Below are positions 20,689 to 31,200 of a stretch of 64,000 bases of DNA, one piece after another; the stretch's first letter is position 1; each line of letters opens with the position of its first letter. The stretch is from contig JAZOLM010000032.1 of the NCBI GenBank assembly GCA_045652985.1, forward strand, positions 6,916-70,915, given 5' to 3'. This stretch comes from Alistipes sp. Lineage in GTDB: Bacteria > Bacteroidota > Bacteroidia > Bacteroidales > Rikenellaceae. The position numbers were made by a program, and so were the translations under genes. The notes beneath the pieces are model-generated. The model had not been told where the DNA came from and made no database searches. It saw only the letters and a list, made by a program, of their open reading frames with translations.

Positions 20689-20727
20689 AGGCATTGCATT
20701 ACTATGTTGGTATTGCAATGCCTTTTT
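20689..20727 (+). terminator. Rho-independent terminator ending the PUL
   Basis: AGGCATTGCA...TGCAATGCCT followed by TTTT. Confidence 0.8.
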
Positions 20728-20789
20728 ATTTGTTTTTTATGGAAAAATGATATATATTTGTGCATACAAACCTAAAACACTTGTTGGGT

Positions 20790-21233
20790 ATGAAGAAACT
20801 AACTTTGATGATTGTAGCCCTTTTTGCCGTTGGAACACTCTCGGCGCAGGAGACGCATAGTGCCATTACTGATGCGGAGATAGCTCATGATAAGGCCATC
20901 ACGGAGCAGAAGACGGCAGTGGAGGATGCTCGTAATGAGGAGCGTCGTATTATTGATGCCGCAAATAAGCGCTTTAGTTTGGTTAAGGATGAGTATGACG
21001 ATGCGATCGAGGAGTATAAGAGTGTTATTGAGGCGCAGAAGCGTCGTGTCGAGTTGGCGCGTGAGAAGCGTGATGAGGTGAAGAATAGATATAAGCAGGA
21101 GAAGATACGCCGCAAGCAGGAGATAGCTGCCGCCAAGGCGCGTACCAAGGGCGTAATAGAGGAGCATAAGAGCAACGTGGCGCAGTCTAAGGCCGAGATT
21201 GCTCGCCTAAAGAGCGAGTCGCCAAAGCGATAG
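20790..21233 (+). CDS. Secreted coiled-coil hypothetical protein
   Basis: Signal peptide MKKLTLMIVALFAVGTLSA; E/K/R/A-rich helix; TATATTTG -7 box upstream. Confidence 0.8.
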   Translation: MKKLTLMIVALFAVGTLSAQETHSAITDAEIAHDKAITEQKTAVEDARNEERRIIDAANKRFSLVKDEYDDAIEEYKSVIEAQKRRVELAREKRDEVKNRYKQEKIRRKQEIAAAKARTKGVIEEHKSNVAQSKAEIARLKSESPKR

Positions 21234-21453
21234 TAGTGCCCCGTAGGGTGCATTTGCAAGATGATATGCGAGGTGTCCGAACTCTTTTTCAGGGCACCTC
21301 GCCTATTTTATAATCAGATATATCCATAAAAATGTGTTGCGAGTATAGGATTTCCTAAAAAAAAGTGTACCTTTGTAGGGGTAAAGTGTCGTTGTATTTC
21401 AGCGATTTAACCATAATAGTAAACAAAATACAAACATTTATTAATAAACTTTT

Positions 21454-24264
21454 ATGAAACGATTTTTTATGAACATTAAGTCTGTTGTGACTCTCATGGC
21501 CACAACCGCACTTATTGCCTTCTCATCAGTATCGTGTCAGTATGACGATACGGCTATCTGGGAGGAGATTGATGGCATCAAGCAGGAGCTCGCCGATTTG
21601 CGCCTTCAGCTTGAGGAGGAGCTTAACGCCATTAAGAACTTGGTAAATGGTCAGGTTACTGTAACCGAGGTTAAGCAGCAGAACGATGGTAGCAAGATTA
21701 TCGTCTTGTCTGACGGTACAAAGGTTACCGTATATCCTAAGGGTACAGACGTGCCAGAGAATATCGTAACTGTAGTCTCTGAGGATGGCGTTATGTACTG
21801 GGCTATGTACGACGGTATTGGTAATGTGCAGCCTATCTTGGTTAGTGGCAAGAAGGTGCCTGTTGCTGACGTAGCACCACAGACACAGATTGTCGATGGC
21901 GCTATCCAGGTGTCGTTCGATGGCGGTCAGACATGGATTACAACAGGCTACAACGAGTCTGTTGCCGATAGCATCATCGTAGACATCGAGGTTGTTTACT
22001 CTGATTGGCAGACCGATGCTGAGGGTAATCCTTTAGCTCTCTACTGCGAGATCACCATGGCTGATGGCTCTATCGTGAAGGTGGGTATGCAGAATGGTAA
22101 GATGGTGCTTCCATTCGATATGCTCTTCGTGCCTTACGGCTCGGATATGCCATTCACTCTCGAGGTTGCCGACGCTGCTGACTACATCCACACCACACCT
22201 CGTGGTTGGGAGTGCGATGTTGAGCACAATGTTAAGATGGGCACCATGACTCTTAATTTCCATGCTCCTACCTATGAGGAGGTTGCATCTGGTGAGGCTG
22301 TTGCTGAGGGCGTTGCTAAGCTTATGGTTGTATTCAACAATGGCTCATCGGCTATCGCATCTATCAAGCTCTCTACAAGCCCTGCTGAGGTATTCTTCAC
22401 CTTCGATGGCGTATATGTAGAGGCTGGTTATGGTACAAACTACTTGCTTTGCGGTATCATCGGCTCTAAGAACTTCAACCTCGATACATACGTTACAAAC
22501 TGTAACAAGATTCTTGCTGACGGTAGCACCATGTCTGGTATCTACCAGGTAGTATTCATGGAGACACAGTCTACATTTATCCCTTATAGCGAGCTTCGTT
22601 CATCAAGCCTCAAGGCTGGCGACGAGTATATCTTCTGGTATGTAGCACCTCGCAATAATGAGGAGGGTGGTCTCTATGTTGATGCTAACGAGTTCGTTGC
22701 TGAGACCTATGTTCACAGCTCGGCTTCATTCGAGGTGACCAGCACTTCGTTCTTCGATGTTGATGTTAAGTTCGACGTTACGGGCTCTGCAGGCTATATG
22801 CTCGGCTTCGAGAAGGCTGAGAATTTCGATGCTGCAGCCTTGGCAACATACTACACCGAGAGCTACGACTACCTCAACGCTTTACGCAGCGACGTAAACT
22901 ACAAAGGTTCATTCCTTGAGCTTATGGAGTCTTCAGAGAAGCTTGAGAACGGCACAGAGTATGTCGTATACTACATCGCAGCTAACAACAAGCGCGTAAT
23001 CCTTGAGGATAACATCCTCTACTGGCCATTCACTACTGCAGACTTCGTTGAGGGTGGCGAGCTTGAGGTCGCTATCGTTGGCGAGCCAGTTGTTGAGTAC
23101 AAGGATATCTACCTCGATCTTAACTCTAACGGTGAGCATATCATGCTTATCTACAACGCTATGCCTTCATACATGGCTACTGCATACCCTGATGACTCAT
23201 ACATCGTAAATATGCTCCTTAACGAGGGCGTTCGCACAATCACCGACGGCGCAGTATCTGCTCACTATAAGGGCACTGAGCCAGGTGAGGATGTAACACT
23301 CTTCGCCGTAGCTATCGACAAGGAGGGTAAGATTGGTAAGCCATTGAAGCAGGAGTTTAAGACTAAGGACTTCGTATATAATGACCTTGCTGTGACCCTA
23401 TCGCTTCGTGACTATAAGATTGACAACACCCTTATCAACGTAGCTTGCGAAGGCTCGTCACACTTTAAGTATGTATACTGCTCGCTCAGCGATAGCAAGT
23501 GGAAGGAGGTATATGGCGGCACAGCTAAGAAGGCCGGTGAGTATATCATCATGAACCCTAACTCATCAGATGTTCACGACACTAACAATGAGCCTCTTAC
23601 TGAGGAGGGTAACATCTTCCTTACTGGTCTTAATACCGATACAGAGTATGTTTTGGTTTGTGTAGCCGTAGATGAGAATGGCGTTGTATCTAAGCCTGCT
23701 ACATGCTATTTCGAGCCTATCGCTAACATCGGTATTATGGTTAAGCGCACAGATGCTAACTGGGCAGATGGTAAGCCTACAATCACCCTTGGTGATACTG
23801 GTGAGGTTGAGTTCTTCAACTTCTCATGGTATACAACTCCTCAGAAGGGCTATGTGGCATACTCTATGGCCGATCACCCAGATAACCTTCAGAACGACTA
23901 CTTTGGCACTAACGTAAATACTCCTGAGAAGCTTATCGCATACATCGTTGCTGGTTGTGATAACGGTCAGCGTGAGTGTGGCCACAAGTGCGAGTACTCT
24001 GAGGATGGTTACTCATATGTATGGCAGGAGATGGAGGATCTCAATGGCGATGGTCGTATCGATTGGGACGAGTGGGTAGAGCATCGCATTGATAATCTTC
24101 CAGGTGTATATAACTCATACTTCTATGGTACTAAGGGTCAGCACCGTATCTACGTTACTTGGGTAGGTGAGGATGGAAACTTCCACGAGCCATTCGTATA
24201 CAACCCAACTACCGACGAGGAGGAGGAACTCAATGCTGATAACTTCCCTGCTTACTTCGAGTAA
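21454..24264 (+). CDS. Large surface lipoprotein (DUF4988-like N-terminus, FN3-like repeats)
   Basis: Lipobox VSC-QYDDTAIWEEI coiled coil; repeated 'GTEYV...A' beta-sandwich motifs. Confidence 0.75.
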   Translation: MKRFFMNIKSVVTLMATTALIAFSSVSCQYDDTAIWEEIDGIKQELADLRLQLEEELNAIKNLVNGQVTVTEVKQQNDGSKIIVLSDGTKVTVYPKGTDVPENIVTVVSEDGVMYWAMYDGIGNVQPILVSGKKVPVADVAPQTQIVDGAIQVSFDGGQTWITTGYNESVADSIIVDIEVVYSDWQTDAEGNPLALYCEITMADGSIVKVGMQNGKMVLPFDMLFVPYGSDMPFTLEVADAADYIHTTPRGWECDVEHNVKMGTMTLNFHAPTYEEVASGEAVAEGVAKLMVVFNNGSSAIASIKLSTSPAEVFFTFDGVYVEAGYGTNYLLCGIIGSKNFNLDTYVTNCNKILADGSTMSGIYQVVFMETQSTFIPYSELRSSSLKAGDEYIFWYVAPRNNEEGGLYVDANEFVAETYVHSSASFEVTSTSFFDVDVKFDVTGSAGYMLGFEKAENFDAAALATYYTESYDYLNALRSDVNYKGSFLELMESSEKLENGTEYVVYYIAANNKRVILEDNILYWPFTTADFVEGGELEVAIVGEPVVEYKDIYLDLNSNGEHIMLIYNAMPSYMATAYPDDSYIVNMLLNEGVRTITDGAVSAHYKGTEPGEDVTLFAVAIDKEGKIGKPLKQEFKTKDFVYNDLAVTLSLRDYKIDNTLINVACEGSSHFKYVYCSLSDSKWKEVYGGTAKKAGEYIIMNPNSSDVHDTNNEPLTEEGNIFLTGLNTDTEYVLVCVAVDENGVVSKPATCYFEPIANIGIMVKRTDANWADGKPTITLGDTGEVEFFNFSWYTTPQKGYVAYSMADHPDNLQNDYFGTNVNTPEKLIAYIVAGCDNGQRECGHKCEYSEDGYSYVWQEMEDLNGDGRIDWDEWVEHRIDNLPGVYNSYFYGTKGQHRIYVTWVGEDGNFHEPFVYNPTTDEEEELNADNFPAYFE

Positions 24265-24286
24265 TCCGTAGGTAACGCGAATATGC

Positions 24287-24320
24287 AAATTGCCCGAGTG
24301 AGATCTCACTCGGGCAATTT
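24287..24320. terminator. Perfect 34-bp palindrome, likely bidirectional terminator
   Basis: AAATTGCCCGAGTGAGA|TCTCACTCGGGCAATTT between convergent genes. Confidence 0.75.
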
Positions 24321-24358
24321 ATTTTGTGTTGACGTTGTGCTGTGTGTCGAGGTCGCCT

Positions 24359-24649
24359 TTATCTCACGATAATCACATTGACTAACTGCATGCCGGCAAG
24401 CTCGTTAATGCGCTGCGCATACTCGTCGCGACGATAGAAGATCTCCTGGCGAAGTACGCTCGATGCCATGCGGATGTAGAGCACCTTATTGACGTAGTTG
24501 ATGTCGGTCGTGAGGTTGGCAACATGATCGCCTACGACCATGCGCCAGTAGTCGGGGAGGTGTCCCTCGGCGAGCTTGGCGGCAACAAAGGGGCGCTGGA
24601 AGAACTCGCTGAGCAGCTCACCTATGGGTTGTGTCTTGGTGCGTCTCAT
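24359..24649 (-). CDS. DUF721/DciA-family protein
   Basis: W..VVG..VANLT, LYIRMASSVLRQEI; coupled to recF. Confidence 0.85.
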   Translation of the reverse strand: MRRTKTQPIGELLSEFFQRPFVAAKLAEGHLPDYWRMVVGDHVANLTTDINYVNKVLYIRMASSVLRQEIFYRRDEYAQRINELAGMQLVNVIIVR

Positions 24650-25731
24650 TGCTGCGTGCCGTTGTTTATGGTGAATAGTTTATAGTCGACCTCCGCCTCG
24701 CCCAAGGTGCGCTCAAGGCGATGTTTGTTACAGTCGGTGATGAATATCTGCCCGAAGATGTCGCCATTCACCAGCCTTAGCAACTGCGCTACGCGGCGCA
24801 TATCGAGCTTATCGAAGAGGTCGTCCAAAAGTAGCATGGGGCGCTCGTTGCCGTGCTCCGCAAGAAGGGTGTACTCTGCAAGCTTGAGCGCCACAAGGAA
24901 GGACTTTTGCTGTCCCTGCGAGCCATACTTGCGGATAGGGTAGTCGCCGATGGATATTGTTAGCTCATCGCGGTGTACGCCCACGGTGGTATGCTCATTG
25001 ACGAAGTCCTTTTGGCGTGAGGCGAGAAGCAGCTCGTCGAGCGATGCGCGCTGCAGCTCCGAGCGGTACTCCATGCCTACGCTTTCGCGATCCTCCGAGA
25101 GCATGGCGTAGTACTTCGCCACAAGGGGCTTCATCCTCTCTATCACCTCGCTGCGGCGGCGGAAGATGATGTCCGCCTGCACGGCGAGCATAGAGTCGTA
25201 GATGAGGAGGATATCCTCCGCGGGGTTGCACTTGAGCAGCGTGTTGCGCTCCTGCAGCGCCGTGTTGTACTTCACAAGCGCCGTGAGATAGCCCCTGTCC
25301 ATCTGCGAGATAAGCCTATTGAGGTAGCGGCGGCGCTCCTCGGCTGAGTCGCTGATAAGGGCGGTGTCGGCGGGCGATACCATCACAATGGGTATGCGAC
25401 CCACATGCTCTGAGAGCTTGTCATACTCCTTGCCATTGTACTTGAGCACCTTGCCCGTGCGACGCGAGTAGGAGCATATGGTCTGCACTGGGCGCTCCTC
25501 GTCGCTATGAAAGGCTCCATCGACCATGAAGAACTCCTCGCCGTGCGTTATGCTCTGTGCATCGGTGATGGTGTACATCGACTTGGCAAGCGCAAGGTAG
25601 TGTATGGCATCCAAGATGTTGGTCTTGCCAGCGCCATTGTCACCAACAAAGCAGTTGATGCCGGGCGATAGCGAGAGCTTCTCGTCGCGGATGTTTTTGA
25701 AGCCTATGATGGATAGTGTGTCAAGGGTCAT
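24646..25731 (-). CDS. recF: DNA replication/repair protein RecF
   Basis: Walker A GDNGAGKTN; GSQGQQK; LLLDD. Confidence 0.97.
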   Translation of the reverse strand: MTLDTLSIIGFKNIRDEKLSLSPGINCFVGDNGAGKTNILDAIHYLALAKSMYTITDAQSITHGEEFFMVDGAFHSDEERPVQTICSYSRRTGKVLKYNGKEYDKLSEHVGRIPIVMVSPADTALISDSAEERRRYLNRLISQMDRGYLTALVKYNTALQERNTLLKCNPAEDILLIYDSMLAVQADIIFRRRSEVIERMKPLVAKYYAMLSEDRESVGMEYRSELQRASLDELLLASRQKDFVNEHTTVGVHRDELTISIGDYPIRKYGSQGQQKSFLVALKLAEYTLLAEHGNERPMLLLDDLFDKLDMRRVAQLLRLVNGDIFGQIFITDCNKHRLERTLGEAEVDYKLFTINNGTQQ

Positions 25732-25735
25732 ACTC

Positions 25736-26254
25736 CTAATATAACTTTTTTAGTTCGGACATCAATTTCTCGACATCGCCACTTTGGTATTCATATGTCA
25801 TAAGGCGAACCATACCGTTGCTGTTGACAACGTAACAGCGTGGCACATACATGGTTGCATATTTGTAGTATATCTCAGCATCCTCGTCGGCAGCAATCTT
25901 AAATCCGAGCTTGTGCTCATCCCTAAAGGCGACAATCTCCTCGGTTGTGCCACCGCGCGAAATGGCGATAATGTTATGCTCTTCGTCGTCCTCGTTGAGC
26001 CACTCCTGCAGGTCGCCCATCAACTTCTGGCAGTCGGGGCAGGTGTGCGAGAAGAGGATGAGTAGTGTGGGTTCATTGCAGGGCATGGCTAACCACTCGC
26101 CATCGATCGACTCAATGGTAAACTCGGGCGCCTCATCGCCCACCCTCACGATCGATGTCTCCTCGTATGTCGGCAGCTCATCGGCGATAATCTCGCACGA
26201 CACATTCGTTAGCAACACACTAAACAACAGAGCTATATAGCTAAAGTACTTCAT
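25736..26254 (-). CDS. TlpA/AhpC-TSA redoxin lipoprotein
   Basis: VGDEAPEFT, CPDC, VPRCYVV. Confidence 0.85.
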   Translation of the reverse strand: MKYFSYIALLFSVLLTNVSCEIIADELPTYEETSIVRVGDEAPEFTIESIDGEWLAMPCNEPTLLILFSHTCPDCQKLMGDLQEWLNEDDEEHNIIAISRGGTTEEIVAFRDEHKLGFKIAADEDAEIYYKYATMYVPRCYVVNSNGMVRLMTYEYQSGDVEKLMSELKKLY

Positions 26255-26459
26255 ATAATCTCACACCACCATTTGCCGGTATTCGTTGTGCGAAGATAGC
26301 AATTTTTTCTCGCTTCTGCAACAAAACCATCCACTAAGCATTTTTTTTAGTCCATATGTTTCTCAATTCAAACTTTTTATTGTATCTTTGTAGGTTGAAT
26401 AGCGCATTTGATGACGCTATGTAAGTGCGAAATATAAATAATTAAAAACATAAGTAACT

Positions 26460-27122
26460 ATGACAAAAAAAGTTAACACCCCTGAGACTGACGTTATTGT
26501 TGACGCAAAGGGTAAGTTGGAGCTTCTCTTTGAGAAGTATGGTAAGGTTATTCTTGGTGCATTGGTAGTTGTTGGCGTAGCTGTTGGAGGCTACTTCATC
26601 TACAAGAACCATGCAGATGCTAAGGAGCAGGAGCGTATCGCTAAGTCAAAGAAGGATGCAACAGCTTTGGTTATTAGCGAGTCTGCAGATGAGGCTAAGG
26701 CTTTTGTTGAGAATAAGGAGTACGATGGCACTGAGGGTGAGAACTTCGCTAACTATTTGGCTGCTGCGCGCTTCGTGAAGGAGGGTGACTATGATGCAGC
26801 TGCACAGTTCATCGCAAACTACCAGGATATCGACGGTGGTGAGCTCCCATACCTCACTAACATGATCAATGCTGAGGCTTGTGGTATTCGTGGTGATATC
26901 GCTGTTGAGAAGGGTGACTATGAGACAGCTGTTGCTGAGTTCAAGAATGCCTTGACTAAGAGCGAGGATAAGTTCACCTTCGTATACTTCAACCAGAAGT
27001 TGGCTCGCCTCTACGCTAAGATGGACAAGGCACAGGAGGCTATGGATTGCTACAACGCAATTTTCGAGAAGTATCCTGAGTTGGAGAGCTATCCAGCAGA
27101 ATACAGTTCTCTATTACTGTAA
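26460..27122 (+). CDS. YfgM-like TPR membrane protein
   Basis: Single N-terminal TM helix followed by TPR helices; sits upstream of the ribH-like gene. Confidence 0.75.
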   Translation: MTKKVNTPETDVIVDAKGKLELLFEKYGKVILGALVVVGVAVGGYFIYKNHADAKEQERIAKSKKDATALVISESADEAKAFVENKEYDGTEGENFANYLAAARFVKEGDYDAAAQFIANYQDIDGGELPYLTNMINAEACGIRGDIAVEKGDYETAVAEFKNALTKSEDKFTFVYFNQKLARLYAKMDKAQEAMDCYNAIFEKYPELESYPAEYSSLLL

Positions 27123-27144
27123 CCTAACGTAACAACGATTACAC

Positions 27145-27564
27145 ATGGGCGATACAATCAATATGTCGGCTGCAAACATGAAGTTTGGTGTAATCATTGT
27201 ACGTGGCTATGAGGAGTTTATCGACGACAACCTGATGCCCCTTATCGAGAGGTTTGCGACGTTGGGATGTCAGCCAGAGAATATCTTGGTGCGCACCGTG
27301 CCCACACTGCACGATGTGGCAATCACAACGCAGTTCTTTGCTCAGTATACCGATGTCGACGGCGTGGTTATCCTCGCACCCGAGAATAGGGTGATGGGCA
27401 CTCTGTCGTTGATGAATGGCATAATGCAGATCCAGATAAACTGGAATATGGTGGTCTCTATCGGAGGTGCCGAGCGTGCTGACGACATTGTTGAGATGAT
27501 CGCCCTCCAGACCGAGATGGAGATGGAGGCGCCCGACACTGTGGCGCGTGGCAACTTCTCGTAA
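27145..27564 (+). CDS. Degenerate lumazine-synthase (RibH)-like protein
   Basis: MKFGVI, ENILVRTVP and DVDGVVIL match RibH strands, but catalytic motifs are missing. Confidence 0.65.
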   Translation: MGDTINMSAANMKFGVIIVRGYEEFIDDNLMPLIERFATLGCQPENILVRTVPTLHDVAITTQFFAQYTDVDGVVILAPENRVMGTLSLMNGIMQIQINWNMVVSIGGAERADDIVEMIALQTEMEMEAPDTVARGNFS

Positions 27565-27677
27565 TAGCCGTTATATCAATATCATGGGGTGTTCATTACG
27601 AATGTCCCCATTTTTGTTTTTACCATAATTTGATTATCTTTGCACTCATAATCACAATTAACTATTAACTATTAACC

Positions 27678-29234
27678 ATGAGAAGTAATATTAAACTATT
27701 TGTTGTGGCTGTAGCCGCGATGCTCGGCTTCGCTGCATGCGAGAGCAATCTGGGTGGCACAGCCCCATCGCTTGAGCTCACTGCCGTGGACTCTACGGCA
27801 AACTCTATCACCTTTGTAGTCAACGCCGCAGCCGATGAGTGCGCCTATATGCTCTACGACGGCGAGAATATCAGCGCTGATAAGATCTTCGCGGAGGGCA
27901 CATCTATCGAGAGTGGCGTCATCACAATCAACGACCTTGCGGCTAATACCAAGTACTATGTTGCTGTCGCAGCGCGCAATGGTAATAACACTACCATGAA
28001 GACGCTGATGATGCAGACTATGGAGTCTGGCGACAATGGCGGTGGCAACAACGGCAACGAAGACGATAATGGAGGGAATGGAGGCAACGACGATAACTTC
28101 GAGCTCCCAGAGATTGAGGGCGTGGAGAATATCGTCATCACCAAGACTAAGGATGGTCGTTGGTATGAGCCATATAACTACTATGTAACCTTCGTGCGCG
28201 ACAATGGTGACCGTATCATCTTGGACTTCTATACCCTTGATGAGACCATGAGTACCTACTTCCCATATGGTCAGTATACCTTTGCTACGAACTACCATCC
28301 ATTTACCATCCACAGCGAGACTTCGGGTTATATCCCTGCTGGCAAGAGCGCCGATGGTGAGGGTTATCTCTTCACCGATGGCTATGTAACTGTCGATGTT
28401 GTCAATGGCTACTATGCAATATATATGATGCTCACCTACGAGGAGGAGGGCGTGTCAAAGACTATCCAGGGCTACTACAACGGCATCCTCTCTGGTGCCT
28501 CAGTACCTGCGGGTGACGACAATGGCTCCGAGGAGCTTATCGAGGTGTTGGAGGTAGGCTCTACATCGTTCCAGTTTAGAATTAATGCTGAGGAGGGTCA
28601 GTATTGGCGCTGCTCGGTGGTCGATAAGCGCACCTACGATCAGTATCAGTCTAACCCTGGTGCATGGGTTGTCACCTATGGTTTCATGCTTGAGGGTCCT
28701 CTAACCTTCAACTGGGAGAATGGTAAGATATGTGAGCACGTTCCAGGCCTTCAGATGAATGTTACATCTTCTACCGACTACCTCATCTTGGCGGCGTTGA
28801 TGGACTATAGCGAGGGTCAGGAGAATAGCCTCCTCGGTGGTGTTGAGATTGTGCAGGTGCATACCGAGGCTGAGGCTGAGGGTACAGGTAATGTAGAGGT
28901 AAATATCAAGGAGGTTAATAAGAATGACATTGTTTTTGACTGCATCTTTGACGACAACGTATGGTGCTGCTATGTGGCAATGATGGAGACCTCGAACCTC
29001 CAGGAAATCAAGGATGGTAAGTATGCCATAGCTGGTTATAGTAGCTATGAGGAGTGTATGCTATCGCTCATCCCTGGTCTTAGCCACGACTTTATGCGTC
29101 AGTTCCTCGAGTCGCAGTACGACTACAAGTGGGACTACCTCAACTATGGCACCTCATATACCATGTGTATCAAGGTTGAGGATATGGATGGCGGTGTGTC
29201 GTTCATCGAGCTTGAGCCATTCTCTACAAAGTAG
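27678..29234 (+). CDS. Lipoprotein with FN3-like domains
   Basis: Lipobox FAAC; LAANTKYYVAVAA FN3 motif; N/G/D linker. Confidence 0.8.
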   Translation: MRSNIKLFVVAVAAMLGFAACESNLGGTAPSLELTAVDSTANSITFVVNAAADECAYMLYDGENISADKIFAEGTSIESGVITINDLAANTKYYVAVAARNGNNTTMKTLMMQTMESGDNGGGNNGNEDDNGGNGGNDDNFELPEIEGVENIVITKTKDGRWYEPYNYYVTFVRDNGDRIILDFYTLDETMSTYFPYGQYTFATNYHPFTIHSETSGYIPAGKSADGEGYLFTDGYVTVDVVNGYYAIYMMLTYEEEGVSKTIQGYYNGILSGASVPAGDDNGSEELIEVLEVGSTSFQFRINAEEGQYWRCSVVDKRTYDQYQSNPGAWVVTYGFMLEGPLTFNWENGKICEHVPGLQMNVTSSTDYLILAALMDYSEGQENSLLGGVEIVQVHTEAEAEGTGNVEVNIKEVNKNDIVFDCIFDDNVWCCYVAMMETSNLQEIKDGKYAIAGYSSYEECMLSLIPGLSHDFMRQFLESQYDYKWDYLNYGTSYTMCIKVEDMDGGVSFIELEPFSTK

Positions 29235-29407
29235 GATACCTATACATTATATATAATGGAGACTCCGCCTGGGGTCTCTATTTTTTTTGTGTGAGTATCT
29301 TTTGAACAATAAAAAAGAAAATTCGGTTGATTTTTATTGGAAGACTAAAAAAAATATCGTATATTTGTTTTCGAAAATAAAACTATTAATCATTAATCAT
29401 TACAACT

Positions 29408-29887
29408 ATGAAAAAGTTTTTACTCGTATTGGTAGCATCTATCTTTGCTACAGGTGCAATGGCACAGGATTGGTCAGTCGGTGGTCGTGTGGGTTCAGGT
29501 TTCCAGGCTGTTGGTCAGTATGAATATAACGGCAACGACTATATTGAGGCACGCTTCGGTGCTGCATGGCTTGGTGGCGTAACTGCAGACCTTACAGTTC
29601 TTCACAACTGGCACATCCTCGATATGGATTGGACTCCTAAGGCTGGTAAGTGGTTCTTCGACGCTGGTGTTGGTCTTAACGTCGGTGGTGCTAGCCACTA
29701 TGCTTATGTCGGTGTTGCAGGTATGGCTCGTCTTGGTCTCACATTCAAGAAGGCTCCTGTTAGCCTCTCTGTAGACTACACTCCAGTGATCGCTCCTGAC
29801 TTCGTATATGGTGGCGGTCATACTGCCGCTGGTTTCCGTGGTCTCGGATTTGCGAATGTGGGTATTACATGTACTTACAACTTCTAA
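29408..29887 (+). CDS. Small outer-membrane beta-barrel protein
   Basis: Signal peptide, amphipathic strands, C-terminal TYNF. Confidence 0.85.
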   Translation: MKKFLLVLVASIFATGAMAQDWSVGGRVGSGFQAVGQYEYNGNDYIEARFGAAWLGGVTADLTVLHNWHILDMDWTPKAGKWFFDAGVGLNVGGASHYAYVGVAGMARLGLTFKKAPVSLSVDYTPVIAPDFVYGGGHTAAGFRGLGFANVGITCTYNF

Positions 29888-29930
29888 TTTCTCGAGATAA
29901 GGCAGACATCTACTGCCGCTAACAAAAATA

Positions 29931-29978
29931 AATACGAATGGGCAGTACGCCAAAGTACAGCCCATCCGTATTTTTTTT
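29931..29978 (+). terminator. Rho-independent terminator
   Basis: AATACGAATGGGCAGTAC...GTACAGCCCATCCGTATT stem followed by a T-run. Confidence 0.8.
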
Positions 29979-30222
29979 GCCGAGCGTTGTATCTGCAGCC
30001 TTCTATCGAGAAATTACCCTCCCGCTGATTGATGTCGTGATAGCGCCATGCCTCGGTATTGGAATTAATTCGAAAGAATGAGAGGTAGTCTGGTTGGTTG
30101 GTTATTTCCCCTATGATTTTGACCAACCAACCACCCATCCAACAAGATAGCCGAGGCTCTTGGCTATAAGGACCGCTCGACTATATGTAAGATACTTAAG
30201 AGGGCGAGTTTGTAGTGAGATA

Positions 30223-30570
30223 TGTTGATGTTGAATTGTTGAAAATACCTATTGTTTTCAACAATTCAACAACACCACGTAATAGTATATCAATATGAGT
30301 AATTATAGATATCAGCTTGAGATATATAGAGGGCGTAGTACTCGTCATACTTGTCCTCAGTGTGGTCGCAAACAATCGTTTACACGTAACATTGATACAT
30401 ATAATAATATATATATCTATATCTATATATAGATGTATATATCAATGATAGAGTATATATATTGATATGTGTATTACATATACAATACTTTACTGATAAC
30501 CCTTGGACGAGGGATGTTGTTGTTGAAAAGTTGAAAATGATAGGGAAATTCAACATTTCAACATCAACAA
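30223..30570. repeat. Two ~50-bp inverted clusters of TGTTGAAAA/TTTTCAACA boxes around an AT-rich core (origin-like)
   Basis: Cluster 30223-30274 and the reverse complement of 30515-30570 align; (TA)n-rich core at about 30395-30490. Confidence 0.7.
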
Positions 30571-30638
30571 CCACCAAGCCCCACGACCATATCCCCGAGT
30601 GGGTGTGGGAGTATAGCCGTTCGCACGGCATAAACTAA

Positions 30639-30680
30639 GACTACCGCAGGTAGTACTATGTGTACTATCCTACGGTAGTC
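30639..30680 (-). terminator. Hairpin downstream of folA
   Basis: GACTACCGCAGGTAGTAC...GTACTATCCTACGGTAGTC. Confidence 0.55.
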
Positions 30681-30702
30681 CCTTATCTATCAATATGTCG
30701 AC

Positions 30703-31188
30703 CTATCTCGCCCTGTCGTAGGTGAGGAAGGCAAAGGGCGATTCGTACTCCTCGCCCCTCTCGTGGCGCTCCTCGGCAACCAACGTCCACTTCGAATAGT
30801 CAATCTCGGGGAACGAGGTGTCGCCCTCGTAATCGCGCTCCACGCGTGTGATATACATCCTATCGGCAATATCCAAGGCGATACCATAAATCTGCGCGCC
30901 ACCCATGATGAAGATCTCCTCGTCGTCACCAGCCATGCGTATAGCCTCCTCCAGGGAGTGTGCCGTGAGTGCCCCCTCGAACGCCACGTCGGAGCGTGTG
31001 ATGACGATATTGGTGCGCTTGGGCAGCGGCTTAGAGCCCAGCGACTCGAAGGTCTTACGACCCATAATCACGGCGTGACCCGATGTCGTGGTGCGGAAGA
31101 AACGCATATCCTCCTTAATGTGCCACAGTAGTGAGTTCTTATCTCCGATGGTGCCATTCTGTGCGATGGCAACGATGATACTTACCAT
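30703..31188 (-). CDS. folA: Dihydrofolate reductase
   Basis: IVAIAQNGTIG, MGRKTFES, PLPKRTN, IMGGAQIY. Confidence 0.97.
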   Translation of the reverse strand: MVSIIVAIAQNGTIGDKNSLLWHIKEDMRFFRTTTSGHAVIMGRKTFESLGSKPLPKRTNIVITRSDVAFEGALTAHSLEEAIRMAGDDEEIFIMGGAQIYGIALDIADRMYITRVERDYEGDTSFPEIDYSKWTLVAEERHERGEEYESPFAFLTYDRAR

Positions 31189-31200
31189 ATCTATATTATG

